64,000 nucleotides of DNA from Hyphomicrobiaceae bacterium (GCA_041397705.1 JAWKWC010000007.1:10351-74350); one strand, 5' to 3'. Counted from the first letter of the stretch, positions 50,467 through 61,107 are shown. Numbers and translations are program-made. The notes: a model not told the origin generated them from the sequence alone.

Positions 50467-51567
50467 TCAGCTTGTCTCGAAGAGGTCGGCCCGGCGCTTC
50501 GACATTTGGTCGCCGCGCCAGGTCGGGATCTTGAACTCCCATCCCTTGGCTTTCGCATTCAAAGCGTCGGCGGCCTTCTTGGCAGCTGCATCGGTGCCTG
50601 TGGCCTCCAGCGAAATCCAGCGGGCATCGCCATCCTTGCGCAGACGGAAGACGACGGTCGCCCCGCCCGTTTGCTCAAGCCTCAAAACGGTGACGTCGGT
50701 GCCGGCGGGGGGGGCGTCAAGCTTGCGGACATCTTCAAGTTCGAGGGTGTTGAAGGCCTCGACCATGTCGTCGATCTTGACATCCTTCTTGAGCTTCTTG
50801 CCTTCCGGGATACCAGTCAGGTGGTACTTGGCGTCGTCAGCCGGGGCGGGTGCCTTGGCCGGAGCGGGCTTCGCCTCCTTCGAAGCCTCGGCGGTTGGCG
50901 CCGCCGGTTTGGGAGCGGGCCCCTTCTCGATGACGAGCGGCGCCTCTCCGGCGTGCTCGACGGTTAGCCGTGCCACCTTGCCTTTGTCTGCGGCGAACAC
51001 CTTCGTATCCACCCAATCCGTGACATCGGAAGTGATTTTTGGATCGCCGGTCGCGAGCCAGCTCTGCGTCTGGGAGGCGCGGCGCGCATAGATGCCACCG
51101 CGGCCCGACCCGAATGCATCCCACCGTGTCTTGCCAAAAACAACGTCGGCGATGGCCTTTCCAGAAGCGTCGAGCAGACGGACACCACGTGACTTCGCAT
51201 CCTTGCCACTGGGATCTTCCAATTCCAGCAGGTCGAGTTTGCTTTTGATGGCCGTCTTCGGTTCGATCAGCTGCGCTTCAGTCAGCGCCACCACGAGCGT
51301 GCGCACCGCCTCAGGCTTGACGGGGAAACCACCCTTTTCTTTCAGTTTCCACGTGCTGTCGCCGCGCTCGATCGTCAACTTCTTGCCGGTCTGCGTGATC
51401 TCGATTGCCTTGACGTCGCGGACATGATCCGCAAGGCCCGGCAACAGCGCTTCCCCCTCGATGTGTCCCTCCGACCAGCGGTTGGCGCTGGCATAGACGA
51501 AGAGGGCGAGCAGGACCGAGACGAGAGCCGCTGCGGCCAATGTGATGAAGTGATGCGGCTTGATCAT
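50467..51567 (-). CDS. DUF4340 domain protein (accessory to the GldG-type ABC system)
   Basis: 366-aa ORF with N-terminal TM helix. Position directly downstream of the GldG-like gene (4-nt overlap). Contains an internal K/A/P-rich linker. Confidence 0.6.
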   Translation of the reverse strand: MIKPHHFITLAAAALVSVLLALFVYASANRWSEGHIEGEALLPGLADHVRDVKAIEITQTGKKLTIERGDSTWKLKEKGGFPVKPEAVRTLVVALTEAQLIEPKTAIKSKLDLLELEDPSGKDAKSRGVRLLDASGKAIADVVFGKTRWDAFGSGRGGIYARRASQTQSWLATGDPKITSDVTDWVDTKVFAADKGKVARLTVEHAGEAPLVIEKGPAPKPAAPTAEASKEAKPAPAKAPAPADDAKYHLTGIPEGKKLKKDVKIDDMVEAFNTLELEDVRKLDAPPAGTDVTVLRLEQTGGATVVFRLRKDGDARWISLEATGTDAAAKKAADALNAKAKGWEFKIPTWRGDQMSKRRADLFETS

Positions 51568-53819
51568 GAACGATCCTCCCTGCCGCCGTGGCCGCCCCCG
51601 CCGTTGCGACGCCGCTGGACGAGGCTGAAGCCCACTCCGGCCATGCCGATGAGCAGTGGTATTGCTGCAATATTGAAGAACTTGAGCCAGCCGTCGAGCC
51701 GATCGATGTCACGCCGGAGCGCCGATTTCACATCTCTCAGGTCATGGCGGACGGCGATCATTTCTCCCCGGAACTTTTCGATCGCCTGTTTTTCATTGTC
51801 GCTGAGCATGACGGTCACCGGAGCACCGCCCTCGCCGCCTTTGGCCTCGACCTTGGCAAGCTTGCCCTGCAGGTCCTTGAGCTTGGCGTTGAGTGCCTCT
51901 TCTTTCTGGCGGAAACGCTGCTCAGCGCTCCTGCGGATACTGATGACACGATCGAATGGACGCTCAACGATGCCGCGGCCGCGCAGGTCGGCGAGCGCCT
52001 CACCACCGGAGAGGTTTTCGAGCGCGCTGACGACAAAGCTCGCATTGTCGGACACCGGGACGGCGACGCGCTGACCAACGAAGTCACGCACTTCAACCCA
52101 GAAGTTGTCGTTCAGCATATCTGCGTCAGCAACCACAACCACGTTCACCCGGCCTGCCGTCAAATGGTTCTTGTCGCCGGCCTGGGGCGTGGTTTTGCCA
52201 TCGCCGGCGGGCTTGGCCGCATCTGCCGTGGCTTTGGGCTTGGCCTCATCCGCTTTGGGTGCAGCGGCTTTTCCGTCGCCGGCTTTGGGATCCGTAGGTT
52301 TCGCCTCGCTCGCTTTTGCTGCAGCGGGCTTTGTTGCATCCGCCGCCTTCTCTGCGCCGTCCGTGGTTGCCGTCTTGCCGGCCTTGGCTTTGTCCTCTGC
52401 CGGCTTCGGGCGTCCGTCGGGAAAGGCCGACTTGGCTTCCCCGCCGATGCGAGCTGCAAGCATGAGTGATTTACCGCCCGGCTTGAAGCTGCGCAGTATG
52501 GCCAGCGGATTGGGTTGAAAGCGCACCATGTCAGCGCCGAACAGGCCGCCTTGCGGGCTGGTTTGGAAGAGCGGTTGGATGATCGTCGTCGCGCCGTCGA
52601 CCTTGTTCAGGGCGCCAGCAGTTGCCAGATTGAGGCGGCGAATGCTGGCGACGAGGGGATCCTTGCTATTGAGCTGTGCCTGCTCGATTTGCAGCCAGGC
52701 CAGATAGTCGGTGACGATCGGCTGGCCGCCATTGTTGCCGAACTGCACACGCCGCGCGATGGTCGGATCGCCCGCAATCTTGTCGGTGTCGAGGCTGAGA
52801 CCCCAGGACTTCATAACCTTTTTGAACTGGGAGCTGACCGGCAACGATCCCATGCTGGCCGGACCTGGCGGCACCGATTCGACGACTGGATCGACAAAGG
52901 CCAAGACCCGTCCGCCGCCGAGGGCAAACTGGTCGATGGCGTAGGCCGTATCCGGCGTCAAAATGGTCGGCTGGACGACCATCAGCACATCGATATCCTT
53001 CGGTATTTCGGTGACCGTAGGCTCGATCTTGCGGATCTCGAAAAATTCCTGGATCTGTTGAATGATCATCCACGCGGGCGGTGGCTGGGCACGCGGGTTC
53101 ATCGGATTGGCGCTGCCATCGATCGTCACACCGGAGAGCAGGCCAACCACTTTCTTCTTCGGATTGGCGAGACCCGCGATCAACTTGGTCAGATCGTATT
53201 CGAGAAAGCGCTCACGATCGGGCGTGAAGAACGGAATGACGGAGTCGTTGTCGGTGGTGTTGGATGCCACGAGGCCGAAGTAGGCGGTCTCGCCATCCTG
53301 ATTAATGCGTTGTCCGCGCAGGCCGGATGCCGATGCGCGGTCCTCGGCATCAGAAAATGGCTCAGGGTCGAGGAACGTCACGCGCACCTTGCCGCCTGAG
53401 AGGTCGTCGTACTGCTCAAGCAGCCCCTTCACACGCTGAAACAGGCGGCTAAAGACGGCCGAGACCTCGCCCAAACGCTGCGAATAGTAGACGCGGACTT
53501 CGATCGGTTCCTCGATCTTGGAGAGCATGCGCTTGGTGCTGTCGGAGATCGTATACAGGCGATCCTCGGTCATGTCGGCCTTGACGTTGCGCAACATCAA
53601 GGAGGCAGCGAGGTTCAACGACAGGAACAGCACGGCAGCAAGCGCCAGACCGCCCCATGCCAGAGTCGAGCGATTAAGGCCCTTGGCCCATTGCACGGCC
53701 TCTCCAGGCGCCAGCAATAACCAGCCGGCAAAGCGCTGTCCCCAGTTCGTGAGTTTCGACATGAGACCTCCGGGGCGGACGCTGGAAGAGTTCACGGACG
53801 TCGGCTTGTTGTCAGACAT
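51564..53819 (-). CDS. GldG-like ABC-type transport auxiliary component
   Basis: ORF 51564..53891 trimmed to ATG 53819 (GGAG RBS). TM helix then EDRLYTISDSTKRMLSKIEEPIEVRVYYS and VLMVVQP / VVVADADMLND blocks. C-terminal TM helix. Long K/A/P-rich insert. Confidence 0.75.
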   Translation of the reverse strand: MSDNKPTSVNSSSVRPGGLMSKLTNWGQRFAGWLLLAPGEAVQWAKGLNRSTLAWGGLALAAVLFLSLNLAASLMLRNVKADMTEDRLYTISDSTKRMLSKIEEPIEVRVYYSQRLGEVSAVFSRLFQRVKGLLEQYDDLSGGKVRVTFLDPEPFSDAEDRASASGLRGQRINQDGETAYFGLVASNTTDNDSVIPFFTPDRERFLEYDLTKLIAGLANPKKKVVGLLSGVTIDGSANPMNPRAQPPPAWMIIQQIQEFFEIRKIEPTVTEIPKDIDVLMVVQPTILTPDTAYAIDQFALGGGRVLAFVDPVVESVPPGPASMGSLPVSSQFKKVMKSWGLSLDTDKIAGDPTIARRVQFGNNGGQPIVTDYLAWLQIEQAQLNSKDPLVASIRRLNLATAGALNKVDGATTIIQPLFQTSPQGGLFGADMVRFQPNPLAILRSFKPGGKSLMLAARIGGEAKSAFPDGRPKPAEDKAKAGKTATTDGAEKAADATKPAAAKASEAKPTDPKAGDGKAAAPKADEAKPKATADAAKPAGDGKTTPQAGDKNHLTAGRVNVVVVADADMLNDNFWVEVRDFVGQRVAVPVSDNASFVVSALENLSGGEALADLRGRGIVERPFDRVISIRRSAEQRFRQKEEALNAKLKDLQGKLAKVEAKGGEGGAPVTVMLSDNEKQAIEKFRGEMIAVRHDLRDVKSALRRDIDRLDGWLKFFNIAAIPLLIGMAGVGFSLVQRRRNGGGGHGGREDRS

Positions 53820-53835
53820 AAGGCTTATGGTCTCC

Positions 53836-54570
53836 TCAGGCGGCCTTGCGCTGCTCGATGACGATCGCGTTCGCGAACAGGAAGAAGGCAATTAGAGACA
53901 GGTAGAAAAAGATGCTCGCCATCGGCAGCACACCACGCAGGATCTGGTCGAAGTGGGTGAGGAAGCTCATGCTGGATATGGCATCGATCAAGACCTGGGG
54001 TGCCCAGCCCCGAAAAAAGTTGAGCACCATCTCCGTGCCGCTCATGACGAGCAGGAAGCAGAGCGTCGACGACACGATGAAGGCGATGACCTGGTTCTTG
54101 GTCAAAGCAGAAATGCACGAGCCGATGGCAAGGAAGGCGCCGGCCATCAGGAAGCTTCCGATGTAGCTGGTGGCGATCACACCGTTGTCCGGAGAACCCA
54201 GATAATTGACGGTGAGCCACATCGGGAACGTCAAGAGCAACGCAAAACCAACGAACAACCAGGCGGCCAGAAACTTCCCGATGATCGCCTCTGACGTGCT
54301 GATCGGCAACGTCATGAGCAACTCGATCGTGCCGGACTTGCGCTCTTCGGCCCACAGCCGCATGGCAACGGCCGGGACAAGCAGCAAGTAAAGCCAGGGA
54401 TGGTATTGGAAGAAGGATACGAGATCGGCCTGGCCACGCTCGAAGAAGTTGCCGACGAAGAACGCGAACGCTCCCGTCAAAGCGACAAAAATAACGGCGA
54501 AGACGTAGGCGAGCTGGGTGCCGAAGTAGGCCGCAAGCTCGCGCTTGGTGATGATCCAGACATTACGCAT
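53836..54570 (-). CDS. ABC-2 type transporter permease (GldF-like)
   Basis: ORF 53836..54636 trimmed to ATG 54570. MRNVWIITKRELAAYFGTQLAYVF, six predicted TM segments, 8-nt overlap with the ATPase gene. Confidence 0.8.
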   Translation of the reverse strand: MRNVWIITKRELAAYFGTQLAYVFAVIFVALTGAFAFFVGNFFERGQADLVSFFQYHPWLYLLLVPAVAMRLWAEERKSGTIELLMTLPISTSEAIIGKFLAAWLFVGFALLLTFPMWLTVNYLGSPDNGVIATSYIGSFLMAGAFLAIGSCISALTKNQVIAFIVSSTLCFLLVMSGTEMVLNFFRGWAPQVLIDAISSMSFLTHFDQILRGVLPMASIFFYLSLIAFFLFANAIVIEQRKAA

Positions 54571-55525
54571 TTTGGCTCGACGCCTCGTGAGTGGTGATCT
54601 GGCGGAAGACTTCATCGAGACGGCCACGCTCGACATGCATCTCTGCGACGGGAAGAGCCTGTTGGCTCAGGACAGTCGCAACCTCGGTGGCGATCGGCAC
54701 GTTTCCCTTGGAAAAGGCACGAAGCTTGGCATGGGCGTTCGTGGACGCGATGCGCTCTACCCTGGCAACCATCGGCAGCGCTGAAAGCGCCGCCACGGCC
54801 GCGTCCGCTTTGGCGGCGTCAAGCTCGAGGCAAACAGCGTTGTGATAGGGCATGCGCCGCTGCAGTTCTTCAGCCGTCCCATCGGCGACGATGCGACCGC
54901 GATCAATAACCACGGCACGCGTGCACACCGCCTCGACCTCCTCGAGGATGTGAGTGGAGACGATGATGGCCTTGTCCTTCGCCATATCCGCGATCAGCGA
55001 GCGCACATGGTGCTTCTGGTTCGGATCCAGACCGTCAGTCGGTTCGTCCATGATCAACACGGCTGGCTCATGCAGGATGGCCTGAGCAAGCCCGACGCGA
55101 CGTTTGAAACCTTTCGACAGGGTCTCGATGCGCTGGTCGATGACATCGTGCAAGCCGGTGCGTGCGACTGAGGCCGCTATGCGGTCGCGGAGGTCGCCAC
55201 CATTGAAGCCGCGGATCTCTGCGATGAACTTGAGAAAACTGCCGACTGTCATGTCGCCGTAAGCGGGCGCTCCCTCGGGCAGGTATCCGATGCGGACCTT
55301 TGCCTGTTTCGGCTGCTCAGCGACAGACTTGCCGCATATGCGGGCCGAACCGCTGTCGGGCTCGAGAAAGCCCACCAACATCTTCATGGTGGTCGACTTG
55401 CCAGCACCGTTCGGGCCGAGAAAGCCCAGCACCTCACCTTTGGCGACCTTCAGCGAAATGTCGTCGACCGCAACAATCGGCCCGAATGTCTTCCGCAGGC
55501 GGTCGGCCTCGACCAGCACATCCAT
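54563..55525 (-). CDS. ABC transporter ATP-binding protein (GldA-like)
   Basis: ORF 54563..55633 trimmed to ATG 55525. GFLGPNGAGKSTTMKML, LSKGFKRRVGLAQAIL, LIMDEPTDGLD. Confidence 0.9.
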   Translation of the reverse strand: MDVLVEADRLRKTFGPIVAVDDISLKVAKGEVLGFLGPNGAGKSTTMKMLVGFLEPDSGSARICGKSVAEQPKQAKVRIGYLPEGAPAYGDMTVGSFLKFIAEIRGFNGGDLRDRIAASVARTGLHDVIDQRIETLSKGFKRRVGLAQAILHEPAVLIMDEPTDGLDPNQKHHVRSLIADMAKDKAIIVSTHILEEVEAVCTRAVVIDRGRIVADGTAEELQRRMPYHNAVCLELDAAKADAAVAALSALPMVARVERIASTNAHAKLRAFSKGNVPIATEVATVLSQQALPVAEMHVERGRLDEVFRQITTHEASSQNA

Positions 55526-55693
55526 TCTTGTTGCCTTCCATTGGCGCCGCCAAGCGAGTGCGAGCACAGGAGGGCCGCGTCGCGCCGGGGGCGTTCGAAT
55601 TTCATCGCGTGCGTCGTGGTTCCGGCCGAGCACCTAGGCACAGTGTCTGGCACTGTCAAGTTACGACTGCCATCACGAGGTTAAAAACGCCAG

Positions 55694-56995
55694 TTACGAT
55701 GTCGTATTGAGTTCAATCCGATCGGCGATCTCATCGGGGCGGGCCGATTGATATCTACCGGGCGCGTAGGGAGCGAGATCGATATTCAGGCGCTCACCCG
55801 AGGCGATGGCTGCGATAATTCGTCCCGTATTGGGACCACCGGTGAGACCGAGGTGGCCGTGCCCAGCCGCGAACATGATGTTCGGGTGCCCAGGCAAAGC
55901 GCCGATGGCCGGCAAACTGTCGGGGGTTCCTGGTCTCGGCCCCATCCACTTGGTCGGCTTGTCGAGGCGGGCGTTGGGGAACATGGACCGGGCCTGCTCA
56001 ACGAGGACATCTGCCCGGCGCCACGCTGGGCGGTCGTCTGCGAGACCCAATTCTTCCGTCCCCGCCACTCTCAGGCCCATTTCCATCGCGGTCACTGCAA
56101 ACTGCCGGTCGGCCTCGCTCAGGACGTGGTTGAGCGAAACTCCAGCTTCGGCGAACGTCACGTGGTAGCCGCGCTCGGCGATCAGCGGCAATTTAAGGCC
56201 CAAGGGCCGGGCGAGCGCCAGCGACCAGGCGCCAGCAGCGATGACGACCGTCTCCGCAGCCATTTGGCCCGCAGAGGTTTCCAGTCCGGTTACCGCGCCG
56301 GCGGGCCTCAGAGCTCGCACGTCGGCCTTAACGATTTGGCCCCCTTCGCGCTGGAACAGGGCGGCGTAGGATTGCGTCAGGCGGAAGGGATTGGTCGTGA
56401 AGCCGATCGGGCCGAGGCGTACCCCTCTTTGGTACTCGCGGCTCAACTCCGGTTCTGCCTCATGCAGGGCTGGACCATCCAGAACTTCAATCTCCGCACC
56501 GCGATCGCGGCGCAGCCGCCATGCCAAACCGTTTTCGACGTCAAGTTTGGCCTTGTTGCGGGCAATGTAGAGGTAGCGCGTGGGGCGCACCAAATCGGGA
56601 ACACCGGCCTCTCGGGCCAACACCTCGTGCAGCTCCAAGGATGTCGCGTTCAGCGCCTTCATGGCATCTGCGACCGCTTCGAGGTTCTTGCCACGCGCTG
56701 CTTTGCGAAATTCCCAGAGCCACGGCAGCGTCTGCGGCAGCGAACCCCAGCGCACGACGAGAGGCCCTTCCGGATCCAACAGCATCCGGCGGGCCTCTTT
56801 TTCAATACCTGGCATGGCCGTAGGCACAACCGCCTGTGCCGCCAAGATCCCCGCATTGCCGAAGGAACATCCCTCTCCGGGTTCCCGCCGATCGACAATC
56901 GTTACGGACCAACCGCGCCTTTGAAGCTCGATGCCCGTGCAGACGCCGACAATGCCGGCGCCGATGACAATTGCTCGCTTATGAGATCGGCTCAC
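55694..56995 (-). CDS. FAD-dependent oxidoreductase (D-amino-acid dehydrogenase/DAO family)
   Basis: ORF 55694..57430 trimmed to GTG 56995 (GGGAGA RBS). AIVIGAGIVGVCTGIELQRRGWSVTIVDR (Rossmann GxGxxG). The long upstream extension has no family similarity. Confidence 0.85.
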   Translation of the reverse strand: MSRSHKRAIVIGAGIVGVCTGIELQRRGWSVTIVDRREPGEGCSFGNAGILAAQAVVPTAMPGIEKEARRMLLDPEGPLVVRWGSLPQTLPWLWEFRKAARGKNLEAVADAMKALNATSLELHEVLAREAGVPDLVRPTRYLYIARNKAKLDVENGLAWRLRRDRGAEIEVLDGPALHEAEPELSREYQRGVRLGPIGFTTNPFRLTQSYAALFQREGGQIVKADVRALRPAGAVTGLETSAGQMAAETVVIAAGAWSLALARPLGLKLPLIAERGYHVTFAEAGVSLNHVLSEADRQFAVTAMEMGLRVAGTEELGLADDRPAWRRADVLVEQARSMFPNARLDKPTKWMGPRPGTPDSLPAIGALPGHPNIMFAAGHGHLGLTGGPNTGRIIAAIASGERLNIDLAPYAPGRYQSARPDEIADRIELNTTS

Positions 56996-57184
56996 ACGAC
57001 GTCTCCCGATGGCCTGGCCACAGACATGGCGTGGGCCCACTCTCCAACCGTCCAGCGTATAGCGGCGATCCTTGCATGCAGCCTGCGGACACGGCAATGT
57101 GCATGTCGGGTCTGCTTGACCAAAAGCTCGAACTGGTTGACGTTTCCCAAGTGGGAATGGAAAGCAAAAAGAAGGGCCATCGAC

Positions 57185-57571
57185 ATGCAAGGACCGCTTG
57201 AGATCACGTTCCACGGGCTCGAGCGCAGCGATGCGGTGGAGGCGCGCGTCCGCGAGAAATTCAAGCGCATCGAAGGACATTTTGAACGCATCACGCATGC
57301 CCGCGTGGTGATCGAAGCACCGCAGAGGCGCACGCAGGTGCCTAAATTCTTCCATGTTCGCATCGACATTGGCATCCCCGGCCACAAGCCCATTCTGGTA
57401 ACACACGATCCGGAGCCCAACAGCGCACATACGGACGTCATGCTGGCCGTGCGTGACGCCTTCAATGCGGCGCAGCGACAGGTCAACGAGCTGGCCAGTC
57501 GCCTCGAAAAGTCAGCTCGTCAGGAGCGCGTGCGGCGCCGGCCGGCTAGTGATCGGCCCGAATCCGAATAG
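57185..57571 (+). CDS. HPF/RaiA family ribosome-associated protein (short form with basic tail)
   Basis: Last 128 codons of ORF 55748..57571, ATG 57185. MQGPLEITFHGLERSDAVEARVREKFKRIEGHFERITHARVVIE...HTDVMLAVRDAFNAAQRQV. Confidence 0.75.
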   Translation: MQGPLEITFHGLERSDAVEARVREKFKRIEGHFERITHARVVIEAPQRRTQVPKFFHVRIDIGIPGHKPILVTHDPEPNSAHTDVMLAVRDAFNAAQRQVNELASRLEKSARQERVRRRPASDRPESE

Positions 57572-57691
57572 CCAGCGGCCGTCGGCGGCGGGCGATCAGG
57601 TCGCGAAGCGATGTGACTTCTCCATTTGCCGAAGGGCCAGCGCCGGCTATAACCCCGCCCCGGAAGATGGTGCCGACCGGAGGCGAAGGGC

Positions 57692-58621
57692 ATGACAGAC
57701 AAGGCAGAGGCTGGCGGCAGCAGTGCCGGGACGGATCCACAAGTCAAGGCACGCATCCTTGCTGAGGCGCTGCCTCATCTCGTTCGCTATGACAACGAGA
57801 TCGTGGTGATCAAGTTTGGCGGCAACGCCATGGTCGATGATGCGTTGGCCGAGGCGTTTGCCAAGGATATCGCCTACCTCAAACTGTCGGGCGTTAACCC
57901 TGTCGTCGTCCACGGCGGCGGCCCGCAGATCGGTGCGATGCTGAAACGCTTGGAGATCAAATCAGACTTCGTGCATGGCCTACGCGTTACGGACAAGCCC
58001 ACCGTCGAAGTGGTGGAAATGGTCCTGTCAGGTGCCCTCAACAAGTCGATCGTTTCGGCCATCAACGCGCAGGGCGGCAAGGCCGTCGGTATTTCCGGCA
58101 AAGATGCCAACCTGATGATCGCGAAACGCATTACCGAGATGCCGGACCCCGTCACCAATGTCGTCGCTCCCATCGATATCGGCTTCGTTGGCGACCCAGT
58201 CAGGGTCAATCCGGAAATCGTCGAAGTTCTCTCTCGCTCGGACCTGATCCCGGTAGTGGCGCCGGTGGCCGTTTCGGCAAGCGGTGAGACGCTCAATGTG
58301 AACGCCGACACATTTGCATCTGCCCTGGCGGCCGCGCTCAAGGCCAAACGCCTGCTGTTGCTGACCGATGTGGCAGGTGTCCTCGACAAGGACAAGAAGC
58401 TCATTTCGGACCTGACGGTGGACGAGGCCAAGGGCTTGATCCGGAGCGGGACCATCACCGGGGGCATGATCCCCAAGGTGGAAGGTTGCATCGAGGTGGT
58501 CGAAGCCGGCGTCGACGCGGTCGTGATTATCGATGGCCGCGTACCTCATTGCGTTCTGCTGGAGCTTTTCACCGAGCATGGCGTCGGTACGATTGTCCGC
58601 CGCGACCGGGATGCAACCTAG
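57692..58621 (+). CDS. argB: Acetylglutamate kinase
   Basis: 309-aa [49 protein letters not shown]. Confidence 0.92.
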   Translation: MTDKAEAGGSSAGTDPQVKARILAEALPHLVRYDNEIVVIKFGGNAMVDDALAEAFAKDIAYLKLSGVNPVVVHGGGPQIGAMLKRLEIKSDFVHGLRVTDKPTVEVVEMVLSGALNKSIVSAINAQGGKAVGISGKDANLMIAKRITEMPDPVTNVVAPIDIGFVGDPVRVNPEIVEVLSRSDLIPVVAPVAVSASGETLNVNADTFASALAAALKAKRLLLLTDVAGVLDKDKKLISDLTVDEAKGLIRSGTITGGMIPKVEGCIEVVEAGVDAVVIIDGRVPHCVLLELFTEHGVGTIVRRDRDAT

Positions 58622-58831
58622 GGTTTTCATGGACTTGGGGCCGTTTCGGTTCGGCCGAGCCAGAACAAGACTGGAAAGTTCGCCCGGTATGCGCAATGAT
58701 GCGGTCATGCTGAGCGGGCTGCACGATGCCTTGCATCGACGGGTGTGCTTGCTGCATGCTTCCGAGGGTATATCAAGCTTCAATCGCAATCGGCCGGGGC
58801 CGGGCTTCGGCGCGCGACAGAGGATGCTGAC

Positions 58832-61081
58832 ATGAACGATAGCGCTGCGACCAACAAATGGATTGGCAAACGGACGATCCGGCCGGACGGCGACGATAAG
58901 GTGACTGGCCGGGCAGCTTACGCGGCTGACGCGAAGATGCCGGGCCAGATCTATGGCAAAGTGCTTCGCAGCCCGCATGCCCATGCGCGCATCAAATCGA
59001 TCAACACTGCCAAGGCCGAAGCGCTACCCGGCGTCAAGGCCGTCGTGACGGCCAAAGACATTGTCGAATTTCCCCTCGACAAGGCGGTGATGCTGGGCAT
59101 CCAGGACATGCGCTGGATGTGCCGCAACATCATGGCTCGCGAGAAAGCGCTGTTTGTCGGTCATCCCGTGGCCGCCGTGGCAGCAACCTCGCAGGCGATC
59201 GCCAAGAAAGCGCTGAAGCTGATCGAAGTCGATTATGAGGTCCTACCCTGGGCCATCGAGATCGACGACGCGATCAAGGCCGACGCTCCGATCCTGCACG
59301 ATCACATCAAGTTCGATGGCAAGCCCTCCAACATCGCCGGAACGCTCGAGCACAAGCTTGGCGACGTGGACGCGGGCTTCAAGCAAGCCGACGTGATCAT
59401 CGAGCGGAGCTTCACGACGCGGCCTGTGCACCAGGGATATATCGAGCCCCACGCCTGCCTGGTCAGCACCACGCATGACGGCAAGGCGACGGTTTGGTCG
59501 TCAAGCCAGGGACAGTTCATGGTTCGCGCCATGTGCTCGATGCTGACTGGCATGGAGCAGTCCGACATCCGGGCCATTCCTGCCGAAATCGGCGGTGGCT
59601 TCGGCGGCAAGACCATCGTCTACCTGGAGCCGGTGGCGTTGATGCTGGCCAAGAAATCGGGCCGTCCGGTCAAGATGGCCATGACGCGGGAAGAGGTCTT
59701 CCACGCCTCCGGTCCGACGTCCGGCTCGAAGAGCACCGTCAAAATCGGCGCGACCAAGGACGGCAAGATTGTTGCCGGATATGGCGTCCACTACTTGCAA
59801 GCCGGTGCCTTCCCGGGTTCGCCAATCCGCGGCGCGGCCGGTTGTGCATTTGCGCCCTATGATATCGCCAATGTGCACTCCGTTGGCTACGACGTGGTCT
59901 CGAACAGGTCCAAGGTTGCGGCCTACCGTGCACCTGGCGCTCCAATCGGTGCTCACGCCGTCGAATGCGTGTTGGACGAGATCGCTACGGCCCTGAAGAT
60001 GGATCCGCTCGAGCTTCGTCTGAAAAACGCAGCCAAGCAGGGCACGAAGGCAGCGCATGGACCGGTGTTCCCGCTGATTGGCTACGAGCAGACCGTCAAG
60101 GCTGCGATGGAGCACCCGCACTACAAGATTCCGCTGGGACCGAACCAGGGTCGCGGCGTTGCCTCGGGCTTCTGGTTCAACGCCGCCGGCGAATCCAGCG
60201 CCCAGGTCAATATCGCAGAAGACGGTACCGTGACGGTCATCACCGGCCATCCTGATATCGGCGGCTCACGCGCTTCGACGGCCAACATCACGGCGGAGTT
60301 GCTTGGCATTGATTATGACCGGGTCCAAGTGCTCATCGGTGATACGTCCGTCATTGGCTTTTCGAACCTGACAGGCGGCAGCCGGGTCACCTACGCGTCG
60401 GCCATTGTCGTGACGGAGGCCACCAAAGGCGTGATCAAGCAACTGCGCGAGCGCGCTGCAAAGATCTGGAAGATCGATGCGGAAGCGGTCGAATGGGACA
60501 ACGGCGAGGCACGTCCCGCCGGCGACAATGCCGGCAAGTTCCCGCCGCTTTCTCTGGCGCAGCTGGCTCAGCAGGCGAATGCAACCGGTGGCCCGATCGG
60601 CGTCGGGTCGCAGCTGACGACAACGGGTGCGGAGGGTGGTTTTGCCACCCACATCTGCGACGTCGAGGTTGATCCGGAAACCGGGCGCGCCTGGGTCGTT
60701 CGTTACACGTCCGTCCAGGATGTGGGCCGGGCCATTCATCCGGCTTACGTCGAAGGCCAAATGCAGGGTGGCGTCGCCCAGGGCATCGGCTGGGCGTTGA
60801 GCGAGGAGTACATCTTCGACAAGAACGGCAAGCTCGATAACCCCGGCTTCCTCGATTACCGCATGCCGGTCGCCTCCGACTTGCCGATGCTCGACAATGT
60901 GATGCTCGAGATTCCGAACCCCAAGCATCCGCAAGGCGTGCGGGGCGTCGGTGAGGTGCCTTTGGTCGCCTCGGTTCCAGCTGTCGCCAACGCAGTGCGT
61001 AACGCCATCGGCGTACGGGTGGGAGATCTGCCCTTGTCGCCGCCGCGCGTTCTGAAGGCAATCAAGGCCGCCAAGGGCTGA
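58832..61081 (+). CDS. Xanthine dehydrogenase/aldehyde oxidase family molybdopterin-binding subunit
   Basis: ORF 58745..61081 trimmed to ATG 58832. KVTGRAAYAADAKMPGQIYGKVLRSPHAHARI, GGGFGGK, RAPGAPIGAHAVE, VGEVPLV. No 2Fe-2S or FAD subunit gene is adjacent. Confidence 0.9.
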   Translation: MNDSAATNKWIGKRTIRPDGDDKVTGRAAYAADAKMPGQIYGKVLRSPHAHARIKSINTAKAEALPGVKAVVTAKDIVEFPLDKAVMLGIQDMRWMCRNIMAREKALFVGHPVAAVAATSQAIAKKALKLIEVDYEVLPWAIEIDDAIKADAPILHDHIKFDGKPSNIAGTLEHKLGDVDAGFKQADVIIERSFTTRPVHQGYIEPHACLVSTTHDGKATVWSSSQGQFMVRAMCSMLTGMEQSDIRAIPAEIGGGFGGKTIVYLEPVALMLAKKSGRPVKMAMTREEVFHASGPTSGSKSTVKIGATKDGKIVAGYGVHYLQAGAFPGSPIRGAAGCAFAPYDIANVHSVGYDVVSNRSKVAAYRAPGAPIGAHAVECVLDEIATALKMDPLELRLKNAAKQGTKAAHGPVFPLIGYEQTVKAAMEHPHYKIPLGPNQGRGVASGFWFNAAGESSAQVNIAEDGTVTVITGHPDIGGSRASTANITAELLGIDYDRVQVLIGDTSVIGFSNLTGGSRVTYASAIVVTEATKGVIKQLRERAAKIWKIDAEAVEWDNGEARPAGDNAGKFPPLSLAQLAQQANATGGPIGVGSQLTTTGAEGGFATHICDVEVDPETGRAWVVRYTSVQDVGRAIHPAYVEGQMQGGVAQGIGWALSEEYIFDKNGKLDNPGFLDYRMPVASDLPMLDNVMLEIPNPKHPQGVRGVGEVPLVASVPAVANAVRNAIGVRVGDLPLSPPRVLKAIKAAKG

Positions 61082-61107
61082 TCAAGTCGACGCAGTCGCA
61101 AAAAAAG

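Noticed and set aside
55748-57184. First 479 codons of a 607-aa + strand ORF (55748..57571)
   Set aside because: Antisense shadow of the FAD-dependent oxidoreductase gene. Only the terminal 128 codons (HPF/RaiA-like, ATG 57185) carry recognisable motifs.
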